64,000 nt of DNA, from positions 1,501,524 to 1,565,523 of the forward strand of contig OZ240205.1 in NCBI GenBank assembly GCA_965197395.1, written 5' to 3'. The notes below the pieces were generated by a model, which saw only the letters and a program-made list of their open reading frames with translations, had not been told where the DNA came from and did no database searches. Shown here one piece after another: positions 26,935 through 35,823 of this stretch (position 1 is its first letter; each line of letters opens with the position of its first letter). The stretch is from Vicinamibacterales bacterium (GTDB lineage: Bacteria > Acidobacteriota > Vicinamibacteria > Vicinamibacterales > UBA8438). A program made the translations under genes and the position numbers.

Positions 26935-27885
26935 ATGCGTACCCAGCTTCTCGTGATTGCAGCCGCCGTTTGCGTGACCGCCGGATGCGCGGCAGAGCCC
27001 GAACCGCCCGCCGCCGCGCCCGAACCCGAGATGGCAGCGCCGGCCCCGGCGCCGCTTCCGGCGATGATCGTCGCCGAGCGCGGCGGTTTCATTCCAGAAG
27101 GCATCGAGTACGACACCGCCGGCGGACGATTCCTCACCGGGTCGCTGTCCGAGGGGTCCATCTTCGAGATCCACCCGGACGGTCGGGTGACCGCCGCCGT
27201 CAGCGATCCGGACCTCATCTCGTCGGTCGGCATCGAGGCAGACGAGCCACGCAATCGCCTCCTCGTGGCCAACTCCGACCGGGCGGCGTTCCAAGGGGGT
27301 ACCGGTCAGGCCAAGCTGGGCGTCTACGACCTGACGACCGGCGACCGGATGGCGATGGTCGATCTCGCCGCGACGAACACCGACGCCGATGCCTACTTCG
27401 CGAACGACGTCGCTGTCGGCGACGATGGCACCGCGTATGTGACCGACACGATGGCGAACGCCATCTACCGTGTCGACACGTCGTACGAGGCCTCGGTGCT
27501 GCATCGATTCGACGGCGAGGGCGGCCCGAACGGGATCGTGTACGACTCGTCCGGCCTGCTCCTGGTCGCGCGCGGTGGAACACTCTGGAGGGTCCCGCTC
27601 GACGACCCCGCTGGGGCGACCGAGGTGACCCTGCCAGAGGAGGTGCCTGGGCAGGATGGCATGGTATGGACCAGCGACGGTCGCCTGGCGATCGTCAGCA
27701 ACTCCAGCAACCGGGTTGTCGCGCTTAGCAGCTCGGACGGCTGGGCGACGGCCGATCTCGCCGGTGTCGCTTCGTACGAGGGCCAGGCCACGACGGCCGC
27801 GGTCGCCGGCGACGACGTCTACGTCGTCCATCCACATTTCGCCGACGAAGATCCGCCCAGTGTCGAACGCGTCGCGTTCGAATAG
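26935..27885 (+). CDS. Exported beta-propeller lipoprotein (SMP-30/gluconolactonase/LRE-like fold)
   Basis: The lipobox is 'AAVCVTAGC', followed by a Pro/Ala linker. Blade-like repeats follow ('PEGIEYDTAGGRFLTGS', 'ANDVAVGDDGTAYVTD', 'PNGIVYDSSGLLLVA', 'DGMVWTSDGRLAIVSN'). Confidence 0.55.
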   Translation: MRTQLLVIAAAVCVTAGCAAEPEPPAAAPEPEMAAPAPAPLPAMIVAERGGFIPEGIEYDTAGGRFLTGSLSEGSIFEIHPDGRVTAAVSDPDLISSVGIEADEPRNRLLVANSDRAAFQGGTGQAKLGVYDLTTGDRMAMVDLAATNTDADAYFANDVAVGDDGTAYVTDTMANAIYRVDTSYEASVLHRFDGEGGPNGIVYDSSGLLLVARGGTLWRVPLDDPAGATEVTLPEEVPGQDGMVWTSDGRLAIVSNSSNRVVALSSSDGWATADLAGVASYEGQATTAAVAGDDVYVVHPHFADEDPPSVERVAFE

Positions 27886-27922
27886 CGCGACGTCGAAGGA
27901 CGCGGAGCGGCCGCGTGGGGTT

Positions 27923-27937
27923 CGGGGCGTAGCCCCG
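27923..27937. terminator. GC-rich hairpin between convergent genes
   Basis: 'cggggc gta gccccg' is preceded by 'ggggttc' and lies between the stops at 27885 (+) and 27943 (-). Confidence 0.5.
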
Positions 27938-27942
27938 CCTGA

Positions 27943-28770
27943 TTACGGAATCACCGTGACGGTCACGTCGACGGGCGTGTAGAGGTAGCCGTCGTCGGCC
28001 ATCCCGCGGATCACATACGTTCCCGGTTCACTGAACCGCGCGGTTGTCACGATCGCCCCGCCGGCGGGGACCGGGGGCGGCGTCCACCCCGGGGTGTGAT
28101 CAGCCATCGGCGGTGTCCACGGGTCGAAGGTGATAGTACCGGGCCCACGGTGTTGAATCCAGGCAAGACGTAGGCCCAGCGCGTTGCGTCGCCCCGGCGG
28201 GCGGCTCTGACGCGCGGGACGCGTCTCGGGGATCCCGTCGTCGTCGATAACGGCGGTCAGGGTCAGCGGCGCGCCGACCGTCACCGTTCGGCGGTCCTCT
28301 TCGATGAGCGTGATCGACGGCGCCGCATTGACGATGTCGGGCGCCCCACCGCCGCTCCGGTTCATCGCGATCACCTGTTCGTCGATGATCTGCTCTGGCA
28401 CGAGCCACCCGACGGCACGGTCGGTGCGTCCGTGGGCGGTGACGGTCCAGACGAGCTCCTGGTCTCCCCAGTCGGCAGGCACGCGCACGCGAAAGCTGAA
28501 GCGGTGCCGTCGTGGATAGAAGAGCGTCGGCTGTCCGCGATCGCCCTCGCCGGGTTCGAAGTAGTTGTCCTGGCCGACCGCGATGTTGAGGTGTTCCTCG
28601 TAGTTCCGATTCAGATAGCCGAACATCATGGTGAAGCTGCCGTCCGCGTTCTGTTCCCACCCCTCGAACACCGGCTGCAGGTTCTGCCCGCTGTGATAGG
28701 TCTGAGCCGTCGACGGAGCGGCCATCCCGAGGACGAGGGCGCAGGCGAGAGATGCAATGACGCGCGTCAC
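27943..28770 (-). CDS. Exported hypothetical protein (partner of the CxxCH/monooxygenase-like gene)
   Basis: The signal peptide is 'MTRVIASLACALVLGMAAPSTAQ'. The gene lies 7 nt downstream of the preceding gene. The C-terminal ~100 aa look Ig-like. I recognise no family. Confidence 0.6.
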   Translation of the reverse strand: MTRVIASLACALVLGMAAPSTAQTYHSGQNLQPVFEGWEQNADGSFTMMFGYLNRNYEEHLNIAVGQDNYFEPGEGDRGQPTLFYPRRHRFSFRVRVPADWGDQELVWTVTAHGRTDRAVGWLVPEQIIDEQVIAMNRSGGGAPDIVNAAPSITLIEEDRRTVTVGAPLTLTAVIDDDGIPETRPARQSRPPGRRNALGLRLAWIQHRGPGTITFDPWTPPMADHTPGWTPPPVPAGGAIVTTARFSEPGTYVIRGMADDGYLYTPVDVTVTVIP

Positions 28771-28776
28771 GCTCTT

Positions 28777-30093
28777 CTAATCGTTGCTTGACCGCTTCGC
28801 GCGCGCCTGGAGCTTCTGCTGATACGCCTCCTCCGGCATGTGGAAGAAGCTCATCCAGGCGAAGCTCATGTCATCGATCGACCGGTTGCCGAAGCCCACC
28901 CAGTTCTTTGGGTCGGGGTTGTATCGATTGCTCGCGGTATTGTCGTGCCACCCCATCACGTGGAGGATCGTGCCGGCCGGGAGCAAGGGCGCCTGGGCAT
29001 CCGCGTAGTTGTAGACGATGTGCCAGCCAAAGTTGTGCCCCGTGCAACTCAGCGTTTCGATCCGGCCGTTGGGGTGAATGGCCTCCACGCACATCCGCTT
29101 GCCTCGAATGTGCATGTGCGGCTGGAACCCGGTGACCTGGGTCGGCTCGGGGAGCACGTAGTAGCCGTCGCTCCGCACGTTGTCCGCGCCCGGCGGGATA
29201 TCGAGCGTATCGAAGCTATCCCCCACATGGCGCGAGATGAGCACCCGCTCCGGCACATACCCGCTCGGATACAGCTGGAAGCCGACCCGCGTCCGGTCCT
29301 TGATCTCCTCGCCAACGGAGCTGTAGTGCATGTTGAAACGAATCTGCGTGCCCGCTTTGATCAGGCGCCCCGTCCCGTCGGGAAAGATGTCGCCGTTCTT
29401 GCCCATCGCGTACTCGTTGAGAAAGCCGCCGCCCTCCTCACCGTCGTCTTCCTCCCAGCGCATCGACGTCGCGACGTGATGCACGACCCGGTACGCCCCC
29501 GGCGACGGCTTGGTCTCCACCGCCTTGATATAGCGATCTTCCGTGAGGCGCGAGTCAGCCCAGATATTGAGCCAGTGGTCTGCGTCCACCGCGCCGATCG
29601 TCTGCTCCTCGGGGAGCTCGACGATCCACTCCGGGGTCCCGATGCGCCACTCGTCGAGCGACGCCAGCTCGATGGGCGGCGGCGCGTCGGCCGGGTTGCC
29701 GCGTGGGGCGCCCCCGTCGACCCACCGACCGATGGTGGCGATCTCCTCGTCGGACAGCGACGGATCTTCCTTGAACGACCGCACGCCGACGTTCGGTTCG
29801 ATGTACCACGGGGGCATCTCCCGCTGGGCGGTCCGGTCGCGGATCGCACGGGCCCACGGCCGCACCTCTTCATACGTCAGCAGCGACATCGGCGCGACCG
29901 AGCCGGGACGGTGACATCGCTGGCAGGAGCGCTGCAGGATCGGGAGCACGTCCTTGGTGAACGTGGTCGGGCTCTCGCTCTGCGCGCTGGCCGGAGTCGG
30001 CGTCCACACCAGGCCGGTGCCTGCAATGAGGAGAGCGTAGCCTACGAACGAAACGCTTCGACCGAGAGCGCTAGCGTTGTGTCTGACAATCAT
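28777..30093 (-). CDS. Exported heme-c (CxxCH) protein with a copper type II ascorbate-dependent monooxygenase-like domain
   Basis: The N-terminal module 'FTKDVLPILQRSCQRCHRPGSVAPMSLLTYEE' is planctomycete-cytochrome-like. Downstream His clusters are 'VVHHVATS', 'FNMHYSS' and 'QPHMHIRGKRM'. The start is ATG 30093. Confidence 0.6.
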   Translation of the reverse strand: MIVRHNASALGRSVSFVGYALLIAGTGLVWTPTPASAQSESPTTFTKDVLPILQRSCQRCHRPGSVAPMSLLTYEEVRPWARAIRDRTAQREMPPWYIEPNVGVRSFKEDPSLSDEEIATIGRWVDGGAPRGNPADAPPPIELASLDEWRIGTPEWIVELPEEQTIGAVDADHWLNIWADSRLTEDRYIKAVETKPSPGAYRVVHHVATSMRWEEDDGEEGGGFLNEYAMGKNGDIFPDGTGRLIKAGTQIRFNMHYSSVGEEIKDRTRVGFQLYPSGYVPERVLISRHVGDSFDTLDIPPGADNVRSDGYYVLPEPTQVTGFQPHMHIRGKRMCVEAIHPNGRIETLSCTGHNFGWHIVYNYADAQAPLLPAGTILHVMGWHDNTASNRYNPDPKNWVGFGNRSIDDMSFAWMSFFHMPEEAYQQKLQARAKRSSND

Positions 30094-30324
30094 CGTACGG
30101 CGTCCGTGGTGTAGCGGCGCGGGCACCGTGCAAGCACTGTGTCCCAATCGGCGCGTCCCGGCTATTCATCTCGAGTCATATGCAGTGTATACACCCCGGG
30201 GTCGCCTTGTTACGAGCCGGCCCAGATGGCGTATGTTCCCGCCTCCCGGCTGCGCACCGACAGGCGATGCCAGGAGCAGACCGCGAGCGCCGCGCCACAA
30301 AGGACGAATACGCATGGTGACCCC

Positions 30325-31236
30325 CTACTGACTCGCCTCAACCTCGTCGTAGAACGCCTGGAGGGCGGATGGTGCGAGCGGCCAATGGAGATCCGCGGTG
30401 TCCACGCGGTTCGCGACGTCATCCCGGGCAACGCCGGCGTCGATCGCCTCAGTCATCCGCTCGCGCAGCGTCTGCATCCGGTCCCTGAACGTCCGGACAT
30501 CATCCTTCGTCAGAATCGGCCCGTGCCCCGGAATCACCGTGTCGAAGTCGAGCTCGAGCACGCCGTCGAGCGTGGCCGTCCATTCCACCCCGCTGCCGCC
30601 GTTCCCATAGTCCATGAACGGTGAGAGCGTGCTGCCGTCCGACCGCTCGCCCCACACCACCAGGTCGCCGGTGTGAATCGTGCGGAGATCCGGAAAATGG
30701 ATGACGGCATCGCCGTTCGTGTGACCACGCCCGAAGTGATGGGCGCGCGCCTCGACGCCACCGAGGAACACCGCGGTCTGATCGGTGAACACAATGCGCG
30801 GGGCGCCCGGTTGGTCGTTGCGAATGATGTTGCTGCGGGCGTTACGGTGCGCGATCACCTCGCCGATGTCCATGAAGTCGGCGTTGCTCCCGGCGTGGTC
30901 GAAATGATGGTGGGTGTCGAGCACGTACGTGACCGGCTGCGACGTCACCTTCCTGACCTCGGCCGTGATCATCTCGAAGCTGTGCGAGAACTTGTTGTCG
31001 ACGATGATGACGCCGTCCTCGGTTACGCGGACAGCGACGTTGCCACCCGTCGTGCTCCCGTCGTAGCCCGGGATGACGTAGAGGCCGCTCTTCCCCTCGA
31101 CCGGCGTGATCGCAGTCAGCTCGGCGAGCCGCTCCGGGCTGATCTCCTGCTGACTGATTGGTCGCTCAGCGACGGCGAGGACCGCGCCGGCGACGACCAC
31201 AAGAGAAAGCCCGACGACGATTCTCAGCCCACGCAT
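30325..31236 (-). CDS. Exported MBL-fold metallo-hydrolase
   Basis: It has a signal peptide, the 'LDTHHHFDHAG' motif and 'HFGRGHTNGD'. Confidence 0.8.
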   Translation of the reverse strand: MRGLRIVVGLSLVVVAGAVLAVAERPISQQEISPERLAELTAITPVEGKSGLYVIPGYDGSTTGGNVAVRVTEDGVIIVDNKFSHSFEMITAEVRKVTSQPVTYVLDTHHHFDHAGSNADFMDIGEVIAHRNARSNIIRNDQPGAPRIVFTDQTAVFLGGVEARAHHFGRGHTNGDAVIHFPDLRTIHTGDLVVWGERSDGSTLSPFMDYGNGGSGVEWTATLDGVLELDFDTVIPGHGPILTKDDVRTFRDRMQTLRERMTEAIDAGVARDDVANRVDTADLHWPLAPSALQAFYDEVEASQ

Positions 31237-31299
31237 GTGCCTGTGCCCCTGTCTTGTCGGTGAGCGGGTTCGACTCTATCGCGATGACATGTCACGTCA

Positions 31300-32439
31300 C
31301 TATCGCTCGATCAGCTCGATCGACAGGCCGTCCAGGTCCTCGATCATCACGGCACGCCCCTCGCCAAAGGGGTAGGGGCCGTCCACGATCGAGACGCCTG
31401 TCGCCGACAGGTGCGCGAGGACCGCGTCGAGGTCGGGGTAGCTGATCGCCACGTGATCGACGACCTGACCGCGCGATGGAACCAGCGGCCGGTCGAGATC
31501 ATCGCCGCATCGCCCGTCGCGGCACTGCCGCGTGTACCACGCCCACCCGGCGTTCGCGAGTCGCACGCTCGCGATGGGCCGACGGAGTTGCCCCATCGGC
31601 AGAAACGTCGGGTAGCTCACCTCGCCGATCTCCACCTCGCACGGGTCGTATGGTTCTCGCGGCACCAGCTCGCCGGTCGCCTCGTCGCGTCGTGGCGGGA
31701 GCTGCAGGCCGAGGTGCTCGACATACCAGTTCGCGGCGCACAACGGCGCCTCGTGCCAGAAGTGCGTATGGCCATAGAACAGATCCTCGGTCGCCGCGTT
31801 CCCGTTGAACTCGACCAGGATGCCGTCCGGGTCGACGAGGTAACCGAAGTCCTGGCCGGCCGTTCGGCTGCGCGTCGGCGTGTCGCCTTCGCGAGCCGCG
31901 CGCTCGGCCATTTCCTCCACGGTGAGCAACTGGTCGCCGAACGGCGCGAGGCCGGAATGCGGCACACCCGTGGCGTCGTCCGGACCGGTGAACACCGGGA
32001 GGAACCCGAACCGCTCGCCCTCTGGATCGAGACCGGTGAGACGCTCATAGAGTGCAAGCCCATCCGTGTCCGGCCCGGTCGTCCAGAACGGACTTTGCGG
32101 TATCGACTGGCGTCGAGCGGGATCGAACGCGCCGGGCGGTTGAACGTCGACGGCGGTGTAGACGAGCGAGACTCCATCCGCCGTAAACGCGGGGAGCCCG
32201 GCGACGGTCCTTCGCTCACCCGCTGGCCAGACCGTGGCCCACCAATCGAGCGCGCGCTCGGGGTCCACCGAGTTGACATGGATGTGATGAAAGGTAGGCA
32301 TCGGCAACGCTGGCGCCGCCGGCGCCTCCGTGTCACTCGCCGGTGCATCATCGGACCTAGTGGCGGGGCCCGCGCAGGCCACCGACAGGCCCACCAAGGC
32401 GACTGTCACAAACTGGGCCGGTTCAAAGCGCGTTCGCAT
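31300..32439 (-). CDS. VOC (glyoxalase/bleomycin-resistance/dioxygenase) family lipoprotein, multi-domain
   Basis: The lipobox is 'GLSVAC'. 'FHHIHVNSVDPERALDWW' and a C-terminal 'VVDHVAISYPDLDAVLAHL...AVMIEDLDGLSIELIE' are present. Confidence 0.7.
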   Translation of the reverse strand: MRTRFEPAQFVTVALVGLSVACAGPATRSDDAPASDTEAPAAPALPMPTFHHIHVNSVDPERALDWWATVWPAGERRTVAGLPAFTADGVSLVYTAVDVQPPGAFDPARRQSIPQSPFWTTGPDTDGLALYERLTGLDPEGERFGFLPVFTGPDDATGVPHSGLAPFGDQLLTVEEMAERAAREGDTPTRSRTAGQDFGYLVDPDGILVEFNGNAATEDLFYGHTHFWHEAPLCAANWYVEHLGLQLPPRRDEATGELVPREPYDPCEVEIGEVSYPTFLPMGQLRRPIASVRLANAGWAWYTRQCRDGRCGDDLDRPLVPSRGQVVDHVAISYPDLDAVLAHLSATGVSIVDGPYPFGEGRAVMIEDLDGLSIELIER

Positions 32440-32470
32440 GGTGACCTCGCCGCGGATACGTGTCCCGACG

Positions 32471-33556
32471 TCAGTTCACCCGAGCGTCGACGATAGCGAC
32501 CCCCCACGGGCGTTCACCGACCGCAATCGTTGCGACCACGGTTAGGCTCTCCACGTCAACGACGGCCACGTCGTTCGACGGACCGTTCGCAGTGTAGAGA
32601 TAGCGGCCATCGGGGGTGACGGCGATACCCCATGGTCGCGTGCCGACCTCGACTGAGCCCACGGGCTCGAGCGTGGTTGTGTCGATCGCGATGACCGTGC
32701 CGCCGCGGCCGCTGGTGACATACACGCGCGAGCCGTCCGGTGAGACGACGACGCCCATCGGGCGCACCATGTCACCCGTCAGTTCAACGGTCCCGATCAC
32801 CGTATGGGTGGCCGTGTCGACCACGGACACCGTGCCGCCGTTCTCCGCAGTGACGTAGGCGCGTGTGCTGTCTGGAGAGAATGCCGACGCCCGCGGTCGG
32901 GCGCCGACCTCGAACTGCGCGACCACCTCGTTCAACGCCGTGTCGATGACGGACACCTGGCTCTCGTCCTCCGACGTGACGTAGACGACGCTCCCGTCCG
33001 GACTGATGCGCACCCCTTCCGGTTCGTCGCCGACGGGGAGGCTCGCCACGATCTCGCCGCTGGCGATCTCGACCACGCTGGTCACTCCGCCGTCCTCATT
33101 GGCGACGTAGAGACGCGCACCATCGGCGCTGATCGCGAGCTGCTCCGGATCGGTGCCCGCCCTGATGACGGTCACGATGCGCTCGGTGGCCAGGTCGACG
33201 ACACCGATGCCGTCGGCCGCCCGGTCTGGTGGCGGTAGCGTGCTCTCGTCGGTGCCCGGCGGCGCCGGCGGAGACCCGCTCAGCGCGACGAACAGCTGCG
33301 TGCCGTCCGGGGAGACCTTGATACCACGTGGTCGCTTGCCGAGTGGCACGGTCGCGAGCACGTCGTGCGTCCCGCCGGCAATGACGCTCAGGTCGCCGGA
33401 CCCCTCGTTGGTGACGTAGACGCGGTAGGGAATCGCCTCAACCGGCGGGACCGCCGGGTCGGCGAGTGCTGGCTCTGGCGCGGGCGCGTCGCCGCCGCCG
33501 CAGGCGGCCAACGCAGCGAGCAGCAGGACGGGTAACCCGCACCGCCGCGCGATCAT
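32471..33556 (-). CDS. YVTN-family beta-propeller repeat lipoprotein
   Basis: There are six repeats of the type 'YVTNEGSGDLSVI', 'YVANEDGGVTSVVE', 'YVTSEDESQVSVID', 'YVTAENGGTVSVVD', 'YVTSGRGGTVIAID' and 'YTANGPSNDVAVVD'. The lipobox is 'LAALAAC'. It has an ATGA overlap with the PQQ gene. Confidence 0.85.
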   Translation of the reverse strand: MIARRCGLPVLLLAALAACGGGDAPAPEPALADPAVPPVEAIPYRVYVTNEGSGDLSVIAGGTHDVLATVPLGKRPRGIKVSPDGTQLFVALSGSPPAPPGTDESTLPPPDRAADGIGVVDLATERIVTVIRAGTDPEQLAISADGARLYVANEDGGVTSVVEIASGEIVASLPVGDEPEGVRISPDGSVVYVTSEDESQVSVIDTALNEVVAQFEVGARPRASAFSPDSTRAYVTAENGGTVSVVDTATHTVIGTVELTGDMVRPMGVVVSPDGSRVYVTSGRGGTVIAIDTTTLEPVGSVEVGTRPWGIAVTPDGRYLYTANGPSNDVAVVDVESLTVVATIAVGERPWGVAIVDARVN

Positions 33557-35649
33557 GGTTCCACCGTGATTTGTCCCATCGCCCATGGATGATCCTCGCA
33601 CTGATACGTATGCGTGCCGGTGCGGTCCATTCTCACGTAGCCGGACTGCGCCCTGAGTAGCGGCCCGGTGCTCCAGGTCGCATCCATCGCCGACACGGTG
33701 TGCGTGATGTCACCGCTGTTGACGAAGGTGACGATGGTCCCGGCCTTCACGCGCACCCTCGCTGGACTGAACGCGTGCTCATCGACCGCGTATCGAAGGC
33801 CGACGCCGCGCTCGGCGCTCTGCACGAGCGTCGACGTCATGATCTCGTTCGTCTCACGACCGGCGGCGTCGCGGCGGGCCGCGGTCGGGGCCGGCTCCTC
33901 CTCGGGCACCGTGCCGCCGAGCGTGAACGCCCAGAGCTCGGGCCCCATCGCGATGGCGACGTGCTGCACACCGCCGGCTTCGTAGGTCGTCGACGGCCCG
34001 CGAGCGCCGCGCACGCCGGTCTGGAACTGCCACAGCCGCTCACCCGTCCCCGCGTCGTAGGCCTGGAACGTCCCGTCGCCCGCGCCTCGAAACATCAGCC
34101 CGCCAGCCGTGGTGAGCGGTCCACTGCCACCGAGGACGCGTGGGTCGACCTCGTGTTTCCAGACGACCTTGTTGGTCCGCGTATCGATGGCCGCGAAGAC
34201 GCCAATCGCATCGGGCAGGTTGGTATACGACGGGGCGCCGCCACGGAACCAGGGGTCGTTGGTGATGCGCCGTGCCCGGCCCACGTGCCCGGTGCCCTGC
34301 GCGTAGAGATAGCGGGTCTGTGGGCTATACGAGATGGCCGTCACGCGCACGCGAGGAATCGGGACGCCCGGCGCGACGACGTTGTGCCGGTCGACGTAGG
34401 GGGGTGTAAACCCACCACAATCGAGCACGAAGGGTGGCGCCACTTTGTCGCGCCACTGCGCACAGTCGCCCACGACGCTGTCGGCGCCAACGGGGAACGG
34501 CTGGGTCGGCGCCGTCAGGTTGTACGGATCCTGCGTGACCGGTCGCTCTTCTACGGGATACACCGGCTCGCCGGTTTCGCGGTCGAGGAGAAAGAAATAG
34601 CCATCCGCGCGCAGCGCGGCAAGGGCCGGCCGCGTCTGGCCGTCGACCTCCGCGTCGTAGAGCAGCGGCGCGATGGCGATGTCGGCGTCCCAGAGATCGT
34701 GGTGCACGACCTGGTAGTGCCATCGCAGGTTGCCGGTCTCCATCTCGAGGGCCAGGATGCAGGCCGTGTAGAGGTTGTCTCCCTGGCGTGCCTCGCCACC
34801 GAACATCGGCACGGCGTTGCCGGTCACGAAGTAGACGAGCCCGAGGTCGGGATCGGCGTTGCCCACGTGCCAGACGCCGCCTCCGCCCTGGTCCCAGACG
34901 TGCCCCCACTCGCCCTCCTGCGGCCACGTCTCGTGCCCCGGCTCGCCAGGACCCGGGATCGTATAGAACTCCCAGAGCAGCTCGCCGGTGTCACCGTCCA
35001 GCGCGACCACCTTGCCGCGGAACGCCCAGTCGCCGTTTGCCAAGCCGACGTAGACGACCCCGTTGGCGTAGAACGGCGCACCGGAGACCGCCTGCCCACG
35101 CTTGGGCGGGTCGTAGCCGATCTGCGTCGACCAGACGAAACCACCGGTCCCCTGGTCGAAGGCCGCGACTCGACCGTCCATGAGGCCCACGAAGACGTTG
35201 CCGTCTCCAAGTGCAACCCCGGGTGGCGATGGAATCGCGCGGCCCGCATTCAAGATGTAGCCGATGCCGGCGGCTTCGAGGTCGTCCGGGGCGTCTTCGT
35301 CAGGACGCACGACCCATACGGTCTCTCCCGTCGCCGCATCAAGCGCGTAGAGGCGCGTGCCGGAACCGATGAACATCACGCCGTCCTTGACGACCGGTGT
35401 CGCGCGCGTCGACGCCCCACCCTCGAACGTAAACGACCACGCCGCACCGAGCCGAGAGACGTTGTCGGTGCTGATCTCGGTCAGTGTCGAGTAGCGCGTG
35501 TTGGCCCAATCGCCGCCGATGAACGGCCAGTCCGTCCCGCCGAAACTGCGTCCATCGTCGGTCTGCGCGGAGCCGGATCGCGCCCCGCTAGCGATGAATG
35601 CGGCAGCGGTCAGTACGATTGGAGCAACCCATTGAAGGCGGCTGATCAC
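33553..35649 (-). CDS. Exported PQQ-dependent dehydrogenase (8-bladed propeller) fused to a C-terminal cupredoxin domain
   Basis: It has a signal peptide, 'GDNLYTACILALEMETGNLRWHYQVVHHDLWDADI' (quinoprotein glucose/alcohol dehydrogenase signature region) and W-containing blade motifs. The C-terminus 'VKAGTIVTFVNSGDITHTV...HTYQCEDHPWAMGQITV' carries a type-1 copper H...C-x2-H-x3-M pattern. Confidence 0.8.
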   Translation of the reverse strand: MISRLQWVAPIVLTAAAFIASGARSGSAQTDDGRSFGGTDWPFIGGDWANTRYSTLTEISTDNVSRLGAAWSFTFEGGASTRATPVVKDGVMFIGSGTRLYALDAATGETVWVVRPDEDAPDDLEAAGIGYILNAGRAIPSPPGVALGDGNVFVGLMDGRVAAFDQGTGGFVWSTQIGYDPPKRGQAVSGAPFYANGVVYVGLANGDWAFRGKVVALDGDTGELLWEFYTIPGPGEPGHETWPQEGEWGHVWDQGGGGVWHVGNADPDLGLVYFVTGNAVPMFGGEARQGDNLYTACILALEMETGNLRWHYQVVHHDLWDADIAIAPLLYDAEVDGQTRPALAALRADGYFFLLDRETGEPVYPVEERPVTQDPYNLTAPTQPFPVGADSVVGDCAQWRDKVAPPFVLDCGGFTPPYVDRHNVVAPGVPIPRVRVTAISYSPQTRYLYAQGTGHVGRARRITNDPWFRGGAPSYTNLPDAIGVFAAIDTRTNKVVWKHEVDPRVLGGSGPLTTAGGLMFRGAGDGTFQAYDAGTGERLWQFQTGVRGARGPSTTYEAGGVQHVAIAMGPELWAFTLGGTVPEEEPAPTAARRDAAGRETNEIMTSTLVQSAERGVGLRYAVDEHAFSPARVRVKAGTIVTFVNSGDITHTVSAMDATWSTGPLLRAQSGYVRMDRTGTHTYQCEDHPWAMGQITVEP

Positions 35650-35681
35650 GTATCCACCTTGCCAGAACCCGTTTCACAATC

Positions 35682-35734
35682 CGTAGCGCGGGGCTTTAGC
35701 CCCGCAAAAGGCAGGACTGAAGTCCTGCCCTACG
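35682..35734 (+). repeat. Composite REP-like palindrome (outer stem plus two hairpins), copy 1
   Basis: The sequence is 'cgtagc gcggggc-ttta-gccccgc aaaa ggcaggac-tgaa-gtcctgcc ctacg'. It is intergenic, between the PQQ gene and the upstream gene. Confidence 0.8.
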
Positions 35735-35823
35735 ACGGCTGGGTCCGGGTTCCAGACAAAACGACACGCTAGGGGCCCTGTCTGGCCTCTCTGGCTCTAG
35801 CCCGCTAGGCCCCTTGCTCTTGC

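Noticed and set aside
26701-27837. 378-aa minus-strand ORF opposite the beta-propeller lipoprotein gene
   Set aside because: Its composition is Arg/Gly/Asp-rich with no motifs. The plus-strand ORF has a lipobox and blade-like repeats. This is a typical antisense shadow ORF in GC-rich DNA.
31266-31290. tRNA-like T-loop sequence 'gcgggttcgactc'
   Set aside because: The flanking bases cannot form a T-stem, acceptor stem or anticodon arm. I found no convincing tRNA or rRNA anywhere in the window.
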